A stretch of DNA of 64,000 bases from NCBI GenBank assembly GCA_036172245.1, contig JAYWIR010000078.1, positions 124,001-188,000 of the forward strand, given 5' to 3'. Shown here piece after piece: positions 28,395 to 41,460 of the stretch. The DNA is from Raillietiella orientalis (Eukaryota). The notes below the pieces were generated by a model. It was not told the DNA's origin and searched no databases. It was given only the letters and a program-made list of their open reading frames with translations. Numbering within the stretch: position 1 is the first letter of the stretch; the number at the start of each line of letters is the position of its first letter. A program made the position numbers and the translations under genes.

Positions 28395-28870
28395 ATTGGG
28401 CATGGATGGAGAGAAAACATGGGCTCATCTTCTCCAATGATTTCCTTATCAGAACGATGAATGCTGTGATACAGAAATCATTGGAGGTTAACTATCTTTT
28501 GAAGATGTCGCAACCTCTCGCCACATATCTAGATTTTTTTCCACTTTGCTGCCATCGTTCAATTAGACCTCAGCTTATGGCATCATGGATCATAAAAGTG
28601 TACTTAGAACAAGTGACTGAAGGGCCCACTTTCAACACACTGTGCCGTGCAAAATAAGTGCAGGTATCTTTCCGCTATTCAGCATAAGTAAAAAGCATGA
28701 AGCAAAGAAGCAAATCATGCGGTCCGTAACATTTGTGTTGGAGATCAGACAAGAAGCAATCAAAACAAACAAGAAGCAATCATACGAAACAGAAGCGAAG
28801 CATGAGAAAACATTAATTAGAAGTAGATCTGTAATGACTAGAGGGATCTTCTCTGCATTTACCATTCCAA
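28395..28870 (+). mobile_element. Possible highly decayed RLE non-LTR retrotransposon C-terminal remnant
   Basis: Frame-shifted pieces EKTWAHLLQ, MNAVIQ, SIRPQLMASWIIKVYLEQVT and KCRY occur in the order expected for zinc-knuckle/RHN/PD..(D/E)/KxxxY; weak. Confidence 0.25.
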
Positions 28871-30560
28871 GATGTAAAAGATGTGAGGAAGTTCAAACAG
28901 ATGGTCATCCAAAGATAAAGTGATGATACTACAGACTTCAGACAAGTAATTGGCCTTGTAAACGGCGACAGTTTACTTAATATTGGTGCTTAATGGACAC
29001 AAATGAGGAATCAGGAAAGAGAAATACACAATTCGTACATTTCTGGAGTTGCTGCGGTAAGTCGGCAAGTACTTCGTTCACTCAGTCGAAATGCACTGTT
29101 TTCTCGGACACACAGTCATACATGGATGCGTCCCTGATTACTAGAAGGGTGCTGAAAATCATCAGCAATAGTATCGCTCTAAAGAAAAAGGAATTTTCGT
29201 TTCGTTTAGACAGAAATGACGAGAAATACGTTTTCTTGATGGCACTTGGGTGCAAATCTGATTCACTGAAAATGCCAAGTCCGCAAAGTGAAACTTCATG
29301 AAAATAGGATGATGAATGATTTTAATTATTGGCTGTTTATTCATAATGATTCACAAACTCCTGACAAAAAAAACCCAAGGTGCAGATGCTTGAGGAATGA
29401 CCAGAATAAAAAAATGGACTCAAAACCAGAATTTTGAAAATATTCGAGTTACCATATGCAATCTTTGCGAAAATTTTTCCGAGGACTTCCAAGTCAACCC
29501 ATGATAAGAAAAACCTGCGAAAGTAGTTTTATTCGACACCCAGTTGCACGTGATCATGATGGAAAATATAAAAACTTTAAACTAGAACACGAAAAACACA
29601 GATTATAGTGTCCTAACAGATAAAAATTATCAGAAAGAAGATCAATATTTTTCTGCATTACAGGGAAAATCAAAAAAAGGTGGGAAACAAACAGAAAAAG
29701 AGATTTTAAACTTTACCGATTGGGATATTGTTAATGTTGAATGTTACTATTACTAGCCAAAAAATGGTGTGCAGTATAGTGAGTACATAGAAGTATGTCA
29801 CCGAAACCCCTTAACGTTCGGTAATCTTTTTAAGACGAATTAAAGTCATTCGTGATGATGGCTGAAAATCAACTTATGTTTTCTAAGCAACGTTGGCCAG
29901 CATTACGGCCCTCTAGTATTTTTGAATTTCGCACTTGTCAGTTTTTCTAATTGTAACCTTCTGAAGCTTGCAAGCTTCACAACTTTGTTTGATAATTTAA
30001 ATTATATTTCTGTTATATAATAAAAGATAACAATTCATCATTAATAACTGACTACACAATGTGCTGTACATCAATATAAATTATAAAAGAATTCTAATAG
30101 ATATGCGACATGTGGCCACAAAACAATGTCATGGAAATGGAATATATACATACCATCAAATAATGATTATAAAAATAAGTCTTATGCACACACACTTATC
30201 AAATAAAGGTTTTTCACAAATTTTGTAATTTTCAAATCTTTAAAATGAAATCTGCACAAAATCATGTTATTAAGACGCCTATTAATTATGAAACCATTGA
30301 CAAAACCTACCACTACCACTGCAAGTCAGTCATAGCTCGGGAAGATCCAAGTTCTATTTATCTATGACAATTCATAAGTGATAAAAATCTGAAGCCATTA
30401 TTTCCCTCCAAAAATAATTTGAATGAAACAATAAAAAACATAAAATTAATTATGCTTCATGGCATGATTTGTCCATAGATTTTCCAAATATTTCTATTGA
30501 ATTATTTACCACAAAAATAAATTGGCAATCACATTCACAACGTCAAATCACTGAATGCAG

Positions 30561-33500
30561 CTAGTTGGGCCCAAATGTTTCTTCTAAGACTTCTTTTATC
30601 TCCTCTTGATGAATGGAACCAATGCCTACAGCAGGTGCAGCAAGAGGTTTTCGTCCTGCATACTCAAGCTAAAGAGGAATATTGGGCATCATGAAAACAC
30701 ATTGAGCTTACAGATATGCCAACTAGATTTTGAAAACGAGGTCTTACAAAGGACCATGCTCCCATATTTCTATGTTCTTCCTGACTCCAGATAAATTCTA
30801 GGAATCATTAAGCATCCTGTCATGAGAGCATAGCTTACTCTTTGTATTTTTGTATTTTGCTAATTCAAGTATGATATCTCTCATTGGGAAAGGACATAAT
30901 TGTTCCAGGCGTACTAAAGCAATGTTTTTCAATTTTCTAGAATCCCTTTCTTTGAGCAAAAGATAGTAGTGCTTTCCTGAACAAAACACTACTTTCTCAA
31001 CAGCTGCATGATGAACAGAAGTGTCTCCTGTCTTGAAAATAAAGATACAAGTATCAGATATATAGTTTACCCAGCACAGTTTTGAAAAATGATCCAGGAG
31101 CCATTTCATGTAAAGAAGAAACTGCCAGTGGATGTCGCAGAAGAATTTTTGGTGCAGCAACCATCAGTGGTTTACGATAGTTGCGCACAATTTGACGCCT
31201 TAATAAATGAAAATACTGAGCAGGAGTAGTAGGATGCACAACTTGTAGATTGACGTTGTCTCCATCTGGGTGTGTCTCAGAGGAGTCACACTGCTGCAAG
31301 AATCTTTCAATCCTGCAAGAGGAGTGCTCTGGACCAGCACCATCATAACCATGAGGAAGTAAGAGAACCAAGCTGCTCTGTAATAACCACTTGGCTAAAC
31401 AACCCTCCTAAATGCCCTGAAACTTCTCTACTCACACTCTCCTGATGTCAAAAAAGTATCAATTATGATCTGTGCTCCATTGAAAAAATCACCAAATTGA
31501 GCTTCCCATATCACTAGTCTATTAGGGTGCTCAATGCTCATTCCATATTCAAATGCCAATACAGCTTCCTCAGACAATGGACTGTTGACTAATTCCAAGA
31601 AGCCTTTCAGCTCAGAGTGTAAATTGTTCAATGGAACAATGCATTCATCATTTTCTTGATCTACTAAAGTCATGTGACGATGAGAAAAAGTTCCTCTACA
31701 AGCATCTTGACCACACAGGCGTACATGAACACCTTAAATCAACACTCCATCTTTCCTTATTGCTAGTGACACCACCTTCATAAAGCAGAGAACCTATTGC
31801 AAGAGCCTCAGCTGTTGCCCAGTCCAAATTAGTACCCAACTCAAGACGTTTTTTTCTAGCTGCTACATGAACTTTCTCAAGATGAGGATGGAGTTTCTTC
31901 AAGAAATGGATGTATTCAAAGTGCAATACCAACTTACGAATTTACAAGGAGCTTCCACTGATTTTACTCCAATATGTTTCAACAGATTAGAATTTACTCC
32001 AGTATCCCAAACAGTAATCATTCCTGAGGAAAAATTCATGTCTTTCCATGGTCCTCTACAGACACGCTTTTTTATAGAACACTGTTTATCAACCAGTAAT
32101 AAAATCACAACTCACAGAAGGTACATATGAATCTACTCTTTTCAAGCCATCATTGAGGAACGTCATATGACTGTCCACAATTAACTGGGCATCTGTAGAA
32201 GACATCACTCCTTGTTCTTGAAGTTGAGCACAGTATACATCTGGCACTGACTGTCGATTATGAATGACTTGATACATCACAGGATTAGTAAAGGTAGGAT
32301 CATCCAACTCATTATGACCCCAACGCCGATAACAAATCAAATCTACAAAGATGTCTTTTTGGAATTTCCGCTGATATGCTACAGCAAAGTTAGCTACTTT
32401 GTACACCAACTATTGAATCACTATTGATGTATATTAAAATCACTGTGATAAATTAATACCTCTGGGTGATCCCCATTGACATGAACAACAGGGAAATCAT
32501 ATGCTAGGGCCAAATCAGTACAATGGGGAGTGGAACGTCCAAAGTCAGCTGGAGTAGTGAAACCAAGCTGGTTATTGATCACAAGATGGAGTACACCTCC
32601 AACAGAAAAATGTGACAAATTACTAAGAGTCAACATCTCCTGCATAATCCCTTGCGCAGCCATTGCTGCATCTCCATGCACCTACTTCTATTTGAATTTC
32701 AGGTTCTTGTGCAACAAAACTTACTTGCAAGCAAAGAACTGAGGATGTTGGTTGCAAATGTGGTTTCTTAGAATACATGCCTTCCTGGAGTGACTGTTGT
32801 CGACCACGAACTTTCCCCATACAAACAGGATTCACAGCCTAAAGACGTTTACAAGCCCAATCAATCAAGCCTTACTTCCAAATGAGAAGGATTGGGCAGC
32901 ATAGTTACATGTAACAGACCTTCTTCCAATTGAAAATCTATAGAATTTGCTGCAGATAGAATTAGAATTAGTACAAAAATAACCCATGAGCACTTCAAGA
33001 TTAGAAACAGAGTAATTCACTTTAAAAACTAACTTACTCAAATGGGATAAGACATCACCAGATCCCTTGAATGTTGATGGTAGTTCAGACAACCCTTTCA
33101 TCTTATGAAACACAGCACAAGGTGGAAGACCTAACAACCCTGTTAGCAAGTTCAGACGTCCTCTATGAGCCATACACATAACTACTTGCTTTATATCAGC
33201 TATGTTACAAAAAATTTAGTTACTGATGTGATAGATCAAAATTTTACACTTTGCTGCATGATGAAATGCAGAAAGAAAAAAAGCCATCATGCTTTCTGCT
33301 CCCTCACCACCATATCGTTTAACAGTGGAGAATTTATTGGCTAAGAAATTGTCAAAAACTTGAGACTGCAACATTTGAATGAGTATTTGTTTTCGTTCAT
33401 TAACATGTAATTCCTGAGGCACAGTTTTCTCCCAATGTTCAATTAACCATTCTTTTTCAGTTATTGACTAAAAAGCACCATGATTTGCATGTTGTTAATA

Positions 33501-34206
33501 AATGGAAAGTAACCTCAATATGGGAAAATTGTAGGCTTGCAGGCCCACTCCACACATCCGAAAGCCTCTGAACTAATTCACGAACATTTGTCACAGATTC
33601 TGCTGGAAAGGCTACCACATGCTCTGCAATGCACTTATCATCCAACTGCAGTCCATATTTTTCAGGTTGGAGCGATTCCACCTGCTTGCTAACAATGAAA
33701 TAATATGAACACGTTCAACTAACATGTCATTACTTATAATTTCGCAATTTTAGAGGATCTAATCGTGCTTGTTGATAACCATATTCACGGAAGGCTGATA
33801 CGAAATTTTTCAAACTGATTTCATTTTGACTTGATGTCGATGAAACTTTCGGAACTACAATAAATTGCAAGCATCAACAATTTACAATCACGATTTGGCT
33901 ATCCATAAAAATAATTCGATTTTACACAAAACACTTCCTGAATCTATTGTAAAGCATACCGATCACTGTGTAACATAAAATGAAACTTAATACTTGAATT
34001 TCTGTGTTGTGTGTGGGATGAGCACAGCGCTATGTGCTTACCAGATATGAAATCTTCTGTCTGAACACTTGAATCGAGATATTTTCGAAAGAGTTGAAAT
34101 CTTTTGGTATAATGGCAATTCAATTTATGTTTAATGAAGTTCATAGGCATTGTCACTTAATGAAAGACGAATAACTTTGGAGGACTACCACAGGACGACA
34201 TAACAT
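30561..34206 (-). CDS. DHTKD1: 2-oxoadipate dehydrogenase E1 (DHTKD1), mitochondrial; about 17 exons
   Basis: Motifs [164 protein letters not shown] and PAVGIG, colinear with DHTKD1 rather than OGDH. The start is either 34206 ([10 protein letters not shown]..., via a 56-nt intron) or 34150. Confidence 0.95.
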
Positions 34207-35000
34207 GCTAGCGTACTAACTACAGCCACAAAAGAATTATTAGAACTAGGGTCGGCAGTCTCCAAATACTTCTGAATATTAATTATTCGATTTCTAAAAT
34301 TATGTGCTTCCAACCTAGCGGATTCATATATGCAATAATTCCGTATTTAATGCTATTAAAATTTCTATAGGCTAAAAATGCACTGCAAATACGATTACCG
34401 TATAAACACAAAGACTTCAACAATATATCATTAAAACGTAAATTTTCTAATATTGCTAATGAAGTGATGAACTGCAACGACCCTTGTTTGGTGTAATTCT
34501 TATGCAAGTCTCCTAGTTGTAAAGGGAATTTTATTTTCCTTTTCTGATGACACGAAAAATAGCTGACATGCGTAAAACTCATATAATTAATAGTTAATTA
34601 GGTTGGTTAACAAGCACTGTAGCATGTGAAAACCTACATATTGTGTAAAAGTGATAATTTTGAAAAATACTATATTTGATTACACCTGTTTGCAGTGTAG
34701 CAAAGAATGTGATGAGATCTTCTGAAGTGGAATGTATTGCGACTGAACATACCACGAATTTTTAGAAAAAATGCAGCTTAAAATAAAGTCGTTTATAGGA
34801 AAGAGTCAAAGTTAGGTCTGGACTTTCTTAGTTATAAGTTCGAACAAGAATCTAACTGGCGACGGGGATCAGAGTTATCGATTACTTCCTTACTAATGAC
34901 CTCGATGAGAACTTTTTCAGTGTGGACTTATGAATTTTTTCCATTGAAGGATTGATCATGAGCAATCACTATCTATTTATTTTTGATGAAAAGTTCCTTA

Positions 35001-35391
35001 CAGTGTTGGACTCACTGATAAAAATGTTTTTGCTGCCACCTCGGCGGCGTCGGCGGCAGCCGTTCCAGCAGCCTGATCGTCGCAGCCGTCGAAAGGTGAC
35101 GACGACGACGAGGAGGATGACGCGGAACCTCTGCGAGAGAGCAGGGGTCCTTTCGATTTGGATTCCTCTGTTCGAATTCCTGAGATGGCGCTATGCTGAG
35201 GTCAGGCATCTCACGGATGCTCTTCGCGCATCTGCCGGCTATAGCTTCCTGTCTACTGACCGCAGTGCCGCCACCATGCTCGTCTGATTCCTACCTGGTT
35301 CATTACCGGCTCCAGCTGGTTTTTACGTTGGCGGTGCGCCCTCCTTTCCTTGTCGCCGAAATGTCAGTGTTGGACTTACTGATAAAAATGT
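35001..35391. other. GC-rich 337-nt insert flanked by a 27-bp direct repeat (26/27 identical)
   Basis: cagtgttggactcactgataaaaatgt at 35001-35027 and cagtgttggacttactgataaaaatgt at 35365-35391; the interior is GC-rich and coding-like within AT-rich intergenic DNA. Confidence 0.75.
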
Positions 35392-36861
35392 CTTGGACAT
35401 TTGAATCTAGGTTTTGCATGTTGTCCATGGCTATAGTACCGTGTTCAAACATTTCTGGAAGATTTTTATTAAACGAAGTATAGGTAAGGAACAACGAACC
35501 ATTCATTGCAATTTCAAGGGAATGTTTGGCTTTATTTTTCTTCTTCCGAAAGTTAGAATATCCAAGAGATCAGGTTCTTGGATACAATTTGCAAAAACAG
35601 TGAAGTCTTCTATGCGCCTGTCACTAGGCTAGTGAAATCAGCACGTTTTCGAGCACATCATTGCAGTGAATCATCATTCCTCAAGGAACATCAGGCAACA
35701 ATAAGAAGTTAGAGTTTCCTGGAGTTAGAATGTGATTTATATGAATCTTATCTACCACCGAAATTCTTTTAAGGATTTGTTTTTGTATCTTTAAAGTAAG
35801 TTTCAATGTCTGAGCTCTTTGTTTTCCGCTCCGCGATCTCAATAAAGTTGATAAACATCCTTTAGACACAAGTGAATGTATCAGTAAAGAATGGTGAAAA
35901 TACACAAATAAAATGGATGATCTTGCTCAATTTTCAGTGATAAGATAAGATACGAGAAAAATCCTGTGCTACACATTAATTCCAGAAATAGAGTACTGAA
36001 AAAGTCTTGGCACTTGGACTAACATTACAAATAGCTTTTGAAAATCTTTATCTTCGCTGAAATATCATATGAAGGTGACAAAAGAAATCATTTTGGGGGA
36101 AAATGCTGATGCATCTCGGTACGCAACCATAACAGTGGAATCAGACAAGATAGCCCTAATCAAAATGCTCCTTCGAACGAATGTTTTCGAAGTAAAAATA
36201 GAAAAAAGCTCGCGGTATAATTATTTTTTATTGAAGACATAAAATCTTCATTTTATTTGTTATAATCTTTTTATTTGTTTGCTACATGACTTTCAACGTT
36301 TGCATTTTTGATCACATTTTTGTCTTATCTCGCCTTCTATATAACTCAGTTTTCCTTGTTTGTCTTTATGAAAGGTTGCTTCAGAGATTCAGAATTTGAT
36401 AAGAATCATATCACAGGAGTTTGAAAACGTTTAAAAAGTGTTTAAAATGTATCGTGGCTTTATTTCTGATTCACTGGTATTTGCAATGTGTTTTCATTGT
36501 CAACCGTTCCGTTTTGATTGGTTACCTGTGATATTTTCGAGTTCGTAGGTCTCAAGAGTAGAAAGGGAAAAACAAATAGGTTAATTTTCATCGTAGTATA
36601 TTTGAAGACGTAATTATGTACCTGTAAGAAAAACCAGAGTTTTGTTGAAAAGAAAAAAATAGGGTCATCGATTTTCCTAAGAAATATTGCATCATTAGTT
36701 TCGTAACCCAACAAATGATAAAGTTTGTAGAACAATCCAGAGTAAATATCATGTTTGTGAAAATTTATAAATTAGAATTGCACATCACTATAATTTGCAT
36801 TGTGAGCATATGCTATTAGTTCTTTTAATGATGTGTTGAATTGTTCTCGTGAATTTTTGAG

Positions 36862-39154
36862 ATGTCAGTAAAAAAAGAAAACGCTTGGAATAAGCACTCC
36901 AATGGAAATCCACAGTGTTTTGCTTTTGGTATAAATATAGTTCACAGTTCATGGATATTAGGAAGATATGCCTTCTTATTATTGATTGCCATTTGTAATC
37001 TGCTTCTTGCTATTGGCAAGTATTTCCTTAAATAAAGCATATCTTTTGTTTTACTGTTTTTTCATTATTATGTAATATGTGAAACCATAAGTGCCCGAAT
37101 TAGAGTAACACGATTAGAAATAAAATTCATATTCAAAATAATTTTATATTCCACGGTAATTGCTTAAATGTTTTTAAAAGCTGCTTCAAACTGTAATTTC
37201 CGTCATATAAATTCAAATTTATGAATTTCAGTTACCATACACAATTTTACATCAATTAGATTCTCCAGTCATCAGGTTGCATATGTTGATGTATTATCCT
37301 TAAAGCTGGGTCTTCAGGATCCAATGTATTCTATCGTTATTGATGCTGGAAGTACAGGAACAAGACTGCTGGCATTCAGTTTTCAAAGGTTCCTCTTTGG
37401 TATGAATTGTGCATTCTTCAAAAACGAAATATTGCTTTTAGTTTAGATTTTTTTTTGCATTCAATATAGCAGCATTTCATGTGTACCAGACTGAATACAC
37501 ATGTAGATCATTGCTGAAAATTTTGGAAATTCATTTATGAGGAACTTTTAATTTAGTATTGCAACTGGCTTGATTTATTTGAACTGTTAAAGGTTTAAAT
37601 CATAGTCACCCAAAATAATTAAATAAATTGCATCAATTTCTTTGTAAATTAATAATTTAATTTTCGAATGTGTTCAATATGTAGCATTTTAGATGGAACT
37701 CTAAAGCTACGTAGTGAAGTCTTTAAGGAAACAAAACCAGGTCTATCATCATTGATTCATAATTCTGACATGGTCTGTATGCAATGTATATGACAGACAA
37801 CTGAACAGTTGAGTCTTCAGATCAGAGAACAATTACATCAGTTATTAGATGCTGCTAAAAAATTTATTGATCCAGACTTTTGGTATCGGACACCTGTACA
37901 GTATAAAGCAACAGCAGGGCTGCGTATGCTACCTGAGCAAGAAGCTGTATTTTTGCTCAGTGTTGTAAGTGTAATGCATCTTCTTCAATTTAGTAGATGC
38001 ATTTTGTATTACAACAAGTTCTGTATTTCCAGGTGAAAGAAACGTTGAAGGAATCCCCTTTTAAGATAACTGATGATTCAGTAGCCATTATGAGTGGATT
38101 AGAAGAAGGCCTTTTTTCTTGGTTTACTGTGAACTTTTTACTTGGTAAGGATACTAGAAGTGGAAGTGTTATATATTTAGTAGATTGCTTGGACACATCT
38201 GAACATGATACAGTGGTGGCTCTTGATCTTGGAGGAGGTTCTACTCAGATCACATTTGCTGTGAAGGATACTGATGCTATGTTGCGCACTTCCCCTGATG
38301 GTCTGGTTAATGCAACCATTTTTGGTCATGAAAATCAGATGTATATAAAAAGGTATGTCTCATGTAATTGGTTTACAAAAAGAGAAAGTTCATAGTTTAG
38401 CTACATGAATTTGGGATTGATGGCTGCACGGCTGGCAATTCTGAAAATAAATTATACTGCAGAGACCACAGACTTGCAAAGTGCTTGTATAAATCCAATT
38501 GTTGATCATACATGGGATTACCACAGACAGACGTATCGTGTAAGGCAAGTTATCTACCATATTTATTTCTGAATCTTAGTTTGTCTTTATGTGTAGGGGC
38601 TTCCCTGTCATTGACAATTCAAGTGCACTTAAAATAAAAAAAAATCCAACAGCATCGTTCCCATCCTGTTTGGAAGCTGCAAAACACATTTTGAAGGATC
38701 GTATTCATGTTCCCCAAGAATTGCCTCAACACAAGGTGGCAGCATTTTCTTACTACTATGATAGAGCAGCTGAGAATGGTCTCATTGGTGAGTGTCGGGG
38801 CTTCCTTGTAATGTCAATGGTGCAGATAGACCCTATTATAGGAGGTGATGTCACTGTAGCAGACTTCCATAAGGCTGCGCAGCAAGGTATGGAATGTAGG
38901 TATTAGAATTAGTGCATTGTTTTTACAGCATGTATGATTCCAAACGTTGACCAGCCATTTGCTTGTCTTGATCTTAGCTACATTGTAGCCCTGCTTACTG
39001 AAGGATTTGGATTGTCTTCAGACAAGAAGTTAATGGTAAATACAAACATGAAAGGTGTACATGGAACATGATTTTTTAGCTTTACAAGAAAATTGATGGT
39101 CATGAAACAAGTTGGGCATTGGGAGCTGCTTTCCATTATTTTAATGAGCACTAA
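36862..39154 (+). CDS. Ectonucleoside triphosphate diphosphohydrolase 5/6-like (GDA1/CD39 NTPDase) with N-terminal membrane anchor
   Basis: ACR1 IDAGSTGTR, KPGLSS, ACR2 KATAGLRML, ACR3 MSGLEEGLFSWFTVNFLL, ACR4 LDLGGGSTQITF, SYMNLGLMAAR, FSYYYDRA, CLDLSYI, ACR5 ETSWALGAAF. Hydrophobic AFLLLIAICNLLLAIV near the N-terminus. The model requires GC donors at 37016 and 38545. Confidence 0.92.
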
Positions 39155-39760
39155 AGAGTACATCATATTTTTTTCGACTGTTTTGTATTCTACCATTTGG
39201 TTAAAGTGAGTATTATTCAATGTGACTGGATCCAAATTGAGTTGAGAAATCTTTTTATTAGTATGGATTGTTTTTTTTTTATCATCATGATCAAGTAGTA
39301 GCAGTTAAATATTAACCAAGATAAATGTAATCAGTATTAAGGGATAAGATGACATATCATAATTTATTGTAAATGAATACTTCCTGAGTAATTGTACAAT
39401 GTATTAATGTTTCTCGGTGCTCTAATTGATTGATGGTGTTGCCATGGAGTTTTGTTTTTCATCTTTTTTTCAAATATTAAGTTGACCATAAAATTCTTGA
39501 AAATTGGATGATTTGGATTTCTTTTCAGCTATCTGACTATCTGAATGTTGTAAAAAGTAATTCAGATGTGTGTCCTGCATGTCTAGGCAGTCAATATGTT
39601 GACGTTTTGTGTTTTGAATCTTTGGTGAAACCAGAACAGAATTCTGTGTGATATTGAAATTAGCTTGTCTATTTGATGTAGCAGCTGTGTATTTGTAATT
39701 GTAAAATACTTGTGTAAGCATGCATTAGTAATCATGTCATTAGTCTCCCCCCCAAAAAAA

Positions 39761-39788
39761 TATATATATATACATATATATATATATA
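39761..39788. repeat. (TA)n microsatellite
   Basis: tatatatatatacatatatatatatata. Confidence 0.85.
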
Positions 39789-41229
39789 CTTTAGGACAGG
39801 GAGTTTTTTTTTATTCATGAAATGTTGATTGCTGGAATTCTGTTTTACCGAAAACATGTTTCAGTAATGTTCATGTACTCAGTAAGGATCCTTACATCCT
39901 GGATCTTTGAGGAGGTTGACAGAAGTACACATGGTGTTATGCATTCCATAAAACATCCACGAATTATGCTCAATCAGTTATACTCAAATTAAAGCATTTT
40001 ATGCAATTGTCACAAGTACAAATGTCATCACAAGTGTAGCTTATGAGTGTATGTAAAGCATGCAGAGTTGGTTTGATGGCATCACACAATGGAGCATTAC
40101 TGCATTTATGCTACCACATGAAGTGCATCTTGAAAAGAAATCCAATAACTTGTGGGAAATTTATCACAGCTTTGCAGATTCAAGCTGAGCATGTATTCAT
40201 ATTACTTACTTTTATTAATAAAAACAGTATATATTTTTTCCTGCCTTTCCAATATAATCTTAGGTGGACATCTCCTAAATTTTTATTCCAGAGAAGCATG
40301 TGTAATGTATTGGTTTTTGAATGCTACATTCAGCCATAAAGATATGCTACTATTTTCTCACTGGACTAACAAAAATGGATGCAACTTTATCATGCATGAT
40401 GCTCTCTAAATCTTATGTGTTTATTGACCTTTTTTTCTTCCATGCAGTGAACGGCCACCTTATCTAGTTATTTGTTTTCTTTTACTGGTTGGATCGTTGT
40501 TTTCTGCAAATTCATTTTTACTCACTCATGTAGCTGTTATCCACCTAAGCAATATGCTTCATTCCCTCAGAAAGTTTATCTCAAACTTAACTTTAAACTA
40601 AAGTTAAAGATGAAAAGTTGCTTATAATCAGTGCTTTTGCAAGTCCATAGTTAAATAACAGTCATTTTTAAAGTTATTATAGCAACAAACTACAATTCTG
40701 GTAAATGCTTTATTCTCAAATCTTGCTTCAAGTTTCTCTAATAATTACTTCAGATTTTTGAGCAACTCGATCTAAGACCATTTTTTTCATAAGTTTTGTC
40801 AGATCTATAAGACTTGCAACTATGGCTCATCAATCAGTTCTCATATTAACTATTACTTATTTTGGTAAATGCCAAATGCATTTAAATTGCTTTAAATAAA
40901 TAGCAACTTCGCTTAGCAAATACTTTATGCTACCAAAGTGGAATATCTTGCAAAGTAATTTCATGCTACTTGTGTAAATTGATTTCAGTAGTATAAATGT
41001 AAACAGTTTTTTTCAATAATACATATGAGACACTATTTTGCTGGTTTGAAAGGATGGAAATTACTCTCCGAATTACTTTATGATAGCCTAATAAATATTT
41101 TCCAAGTTATGGAAAACTGACAGAACTCTCAGAACATGCAAAATATTATGTAAAGATTCACAGACTTATTCTTTTAAGCAGATCTACTTCATTTCGTACT
41201 TAAAGTTGTAAACCATCTTGGTCTTTTTC

Positions 41230-41460
41230 TCTTATTTAAAACCTGTACAAGGAACCTCAGTCAGTCTTCCAGGTTGTCCAAGACTGATTTCAGCACTAAA
41301 TTCTTGGGGGCATTCTATTCCTAATTTCATACTTACATGTGCCAGTATGTCATTGTGTCTGAGATTAACTCAGTTTCACTTGTTACAAGTAGTCCAAATT
41401 TTTGGCAGAATGCAATTCTCCTTCTGGTGTTGCTTCACACCAGAATTTAGCAGGGTGACA
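41230..41460 (-). mobile_element. Possible decayed non-LTR retrotransposon zinc-knuckle/RHN remnant
   Basis: C..C-like KFWCEATPEGELH followed, after a frameshift, by NLRHNDILAHV; weak. Confidence 0.25.

Noticed and set aside
34153..34206. Apparent uORF before DHTKD1 ATG 34150
   Set aside because: Better explained as the true first exon (transit-peptide-like [17 protein letters not shown]) joined by a 56-nt GT-AG intron.
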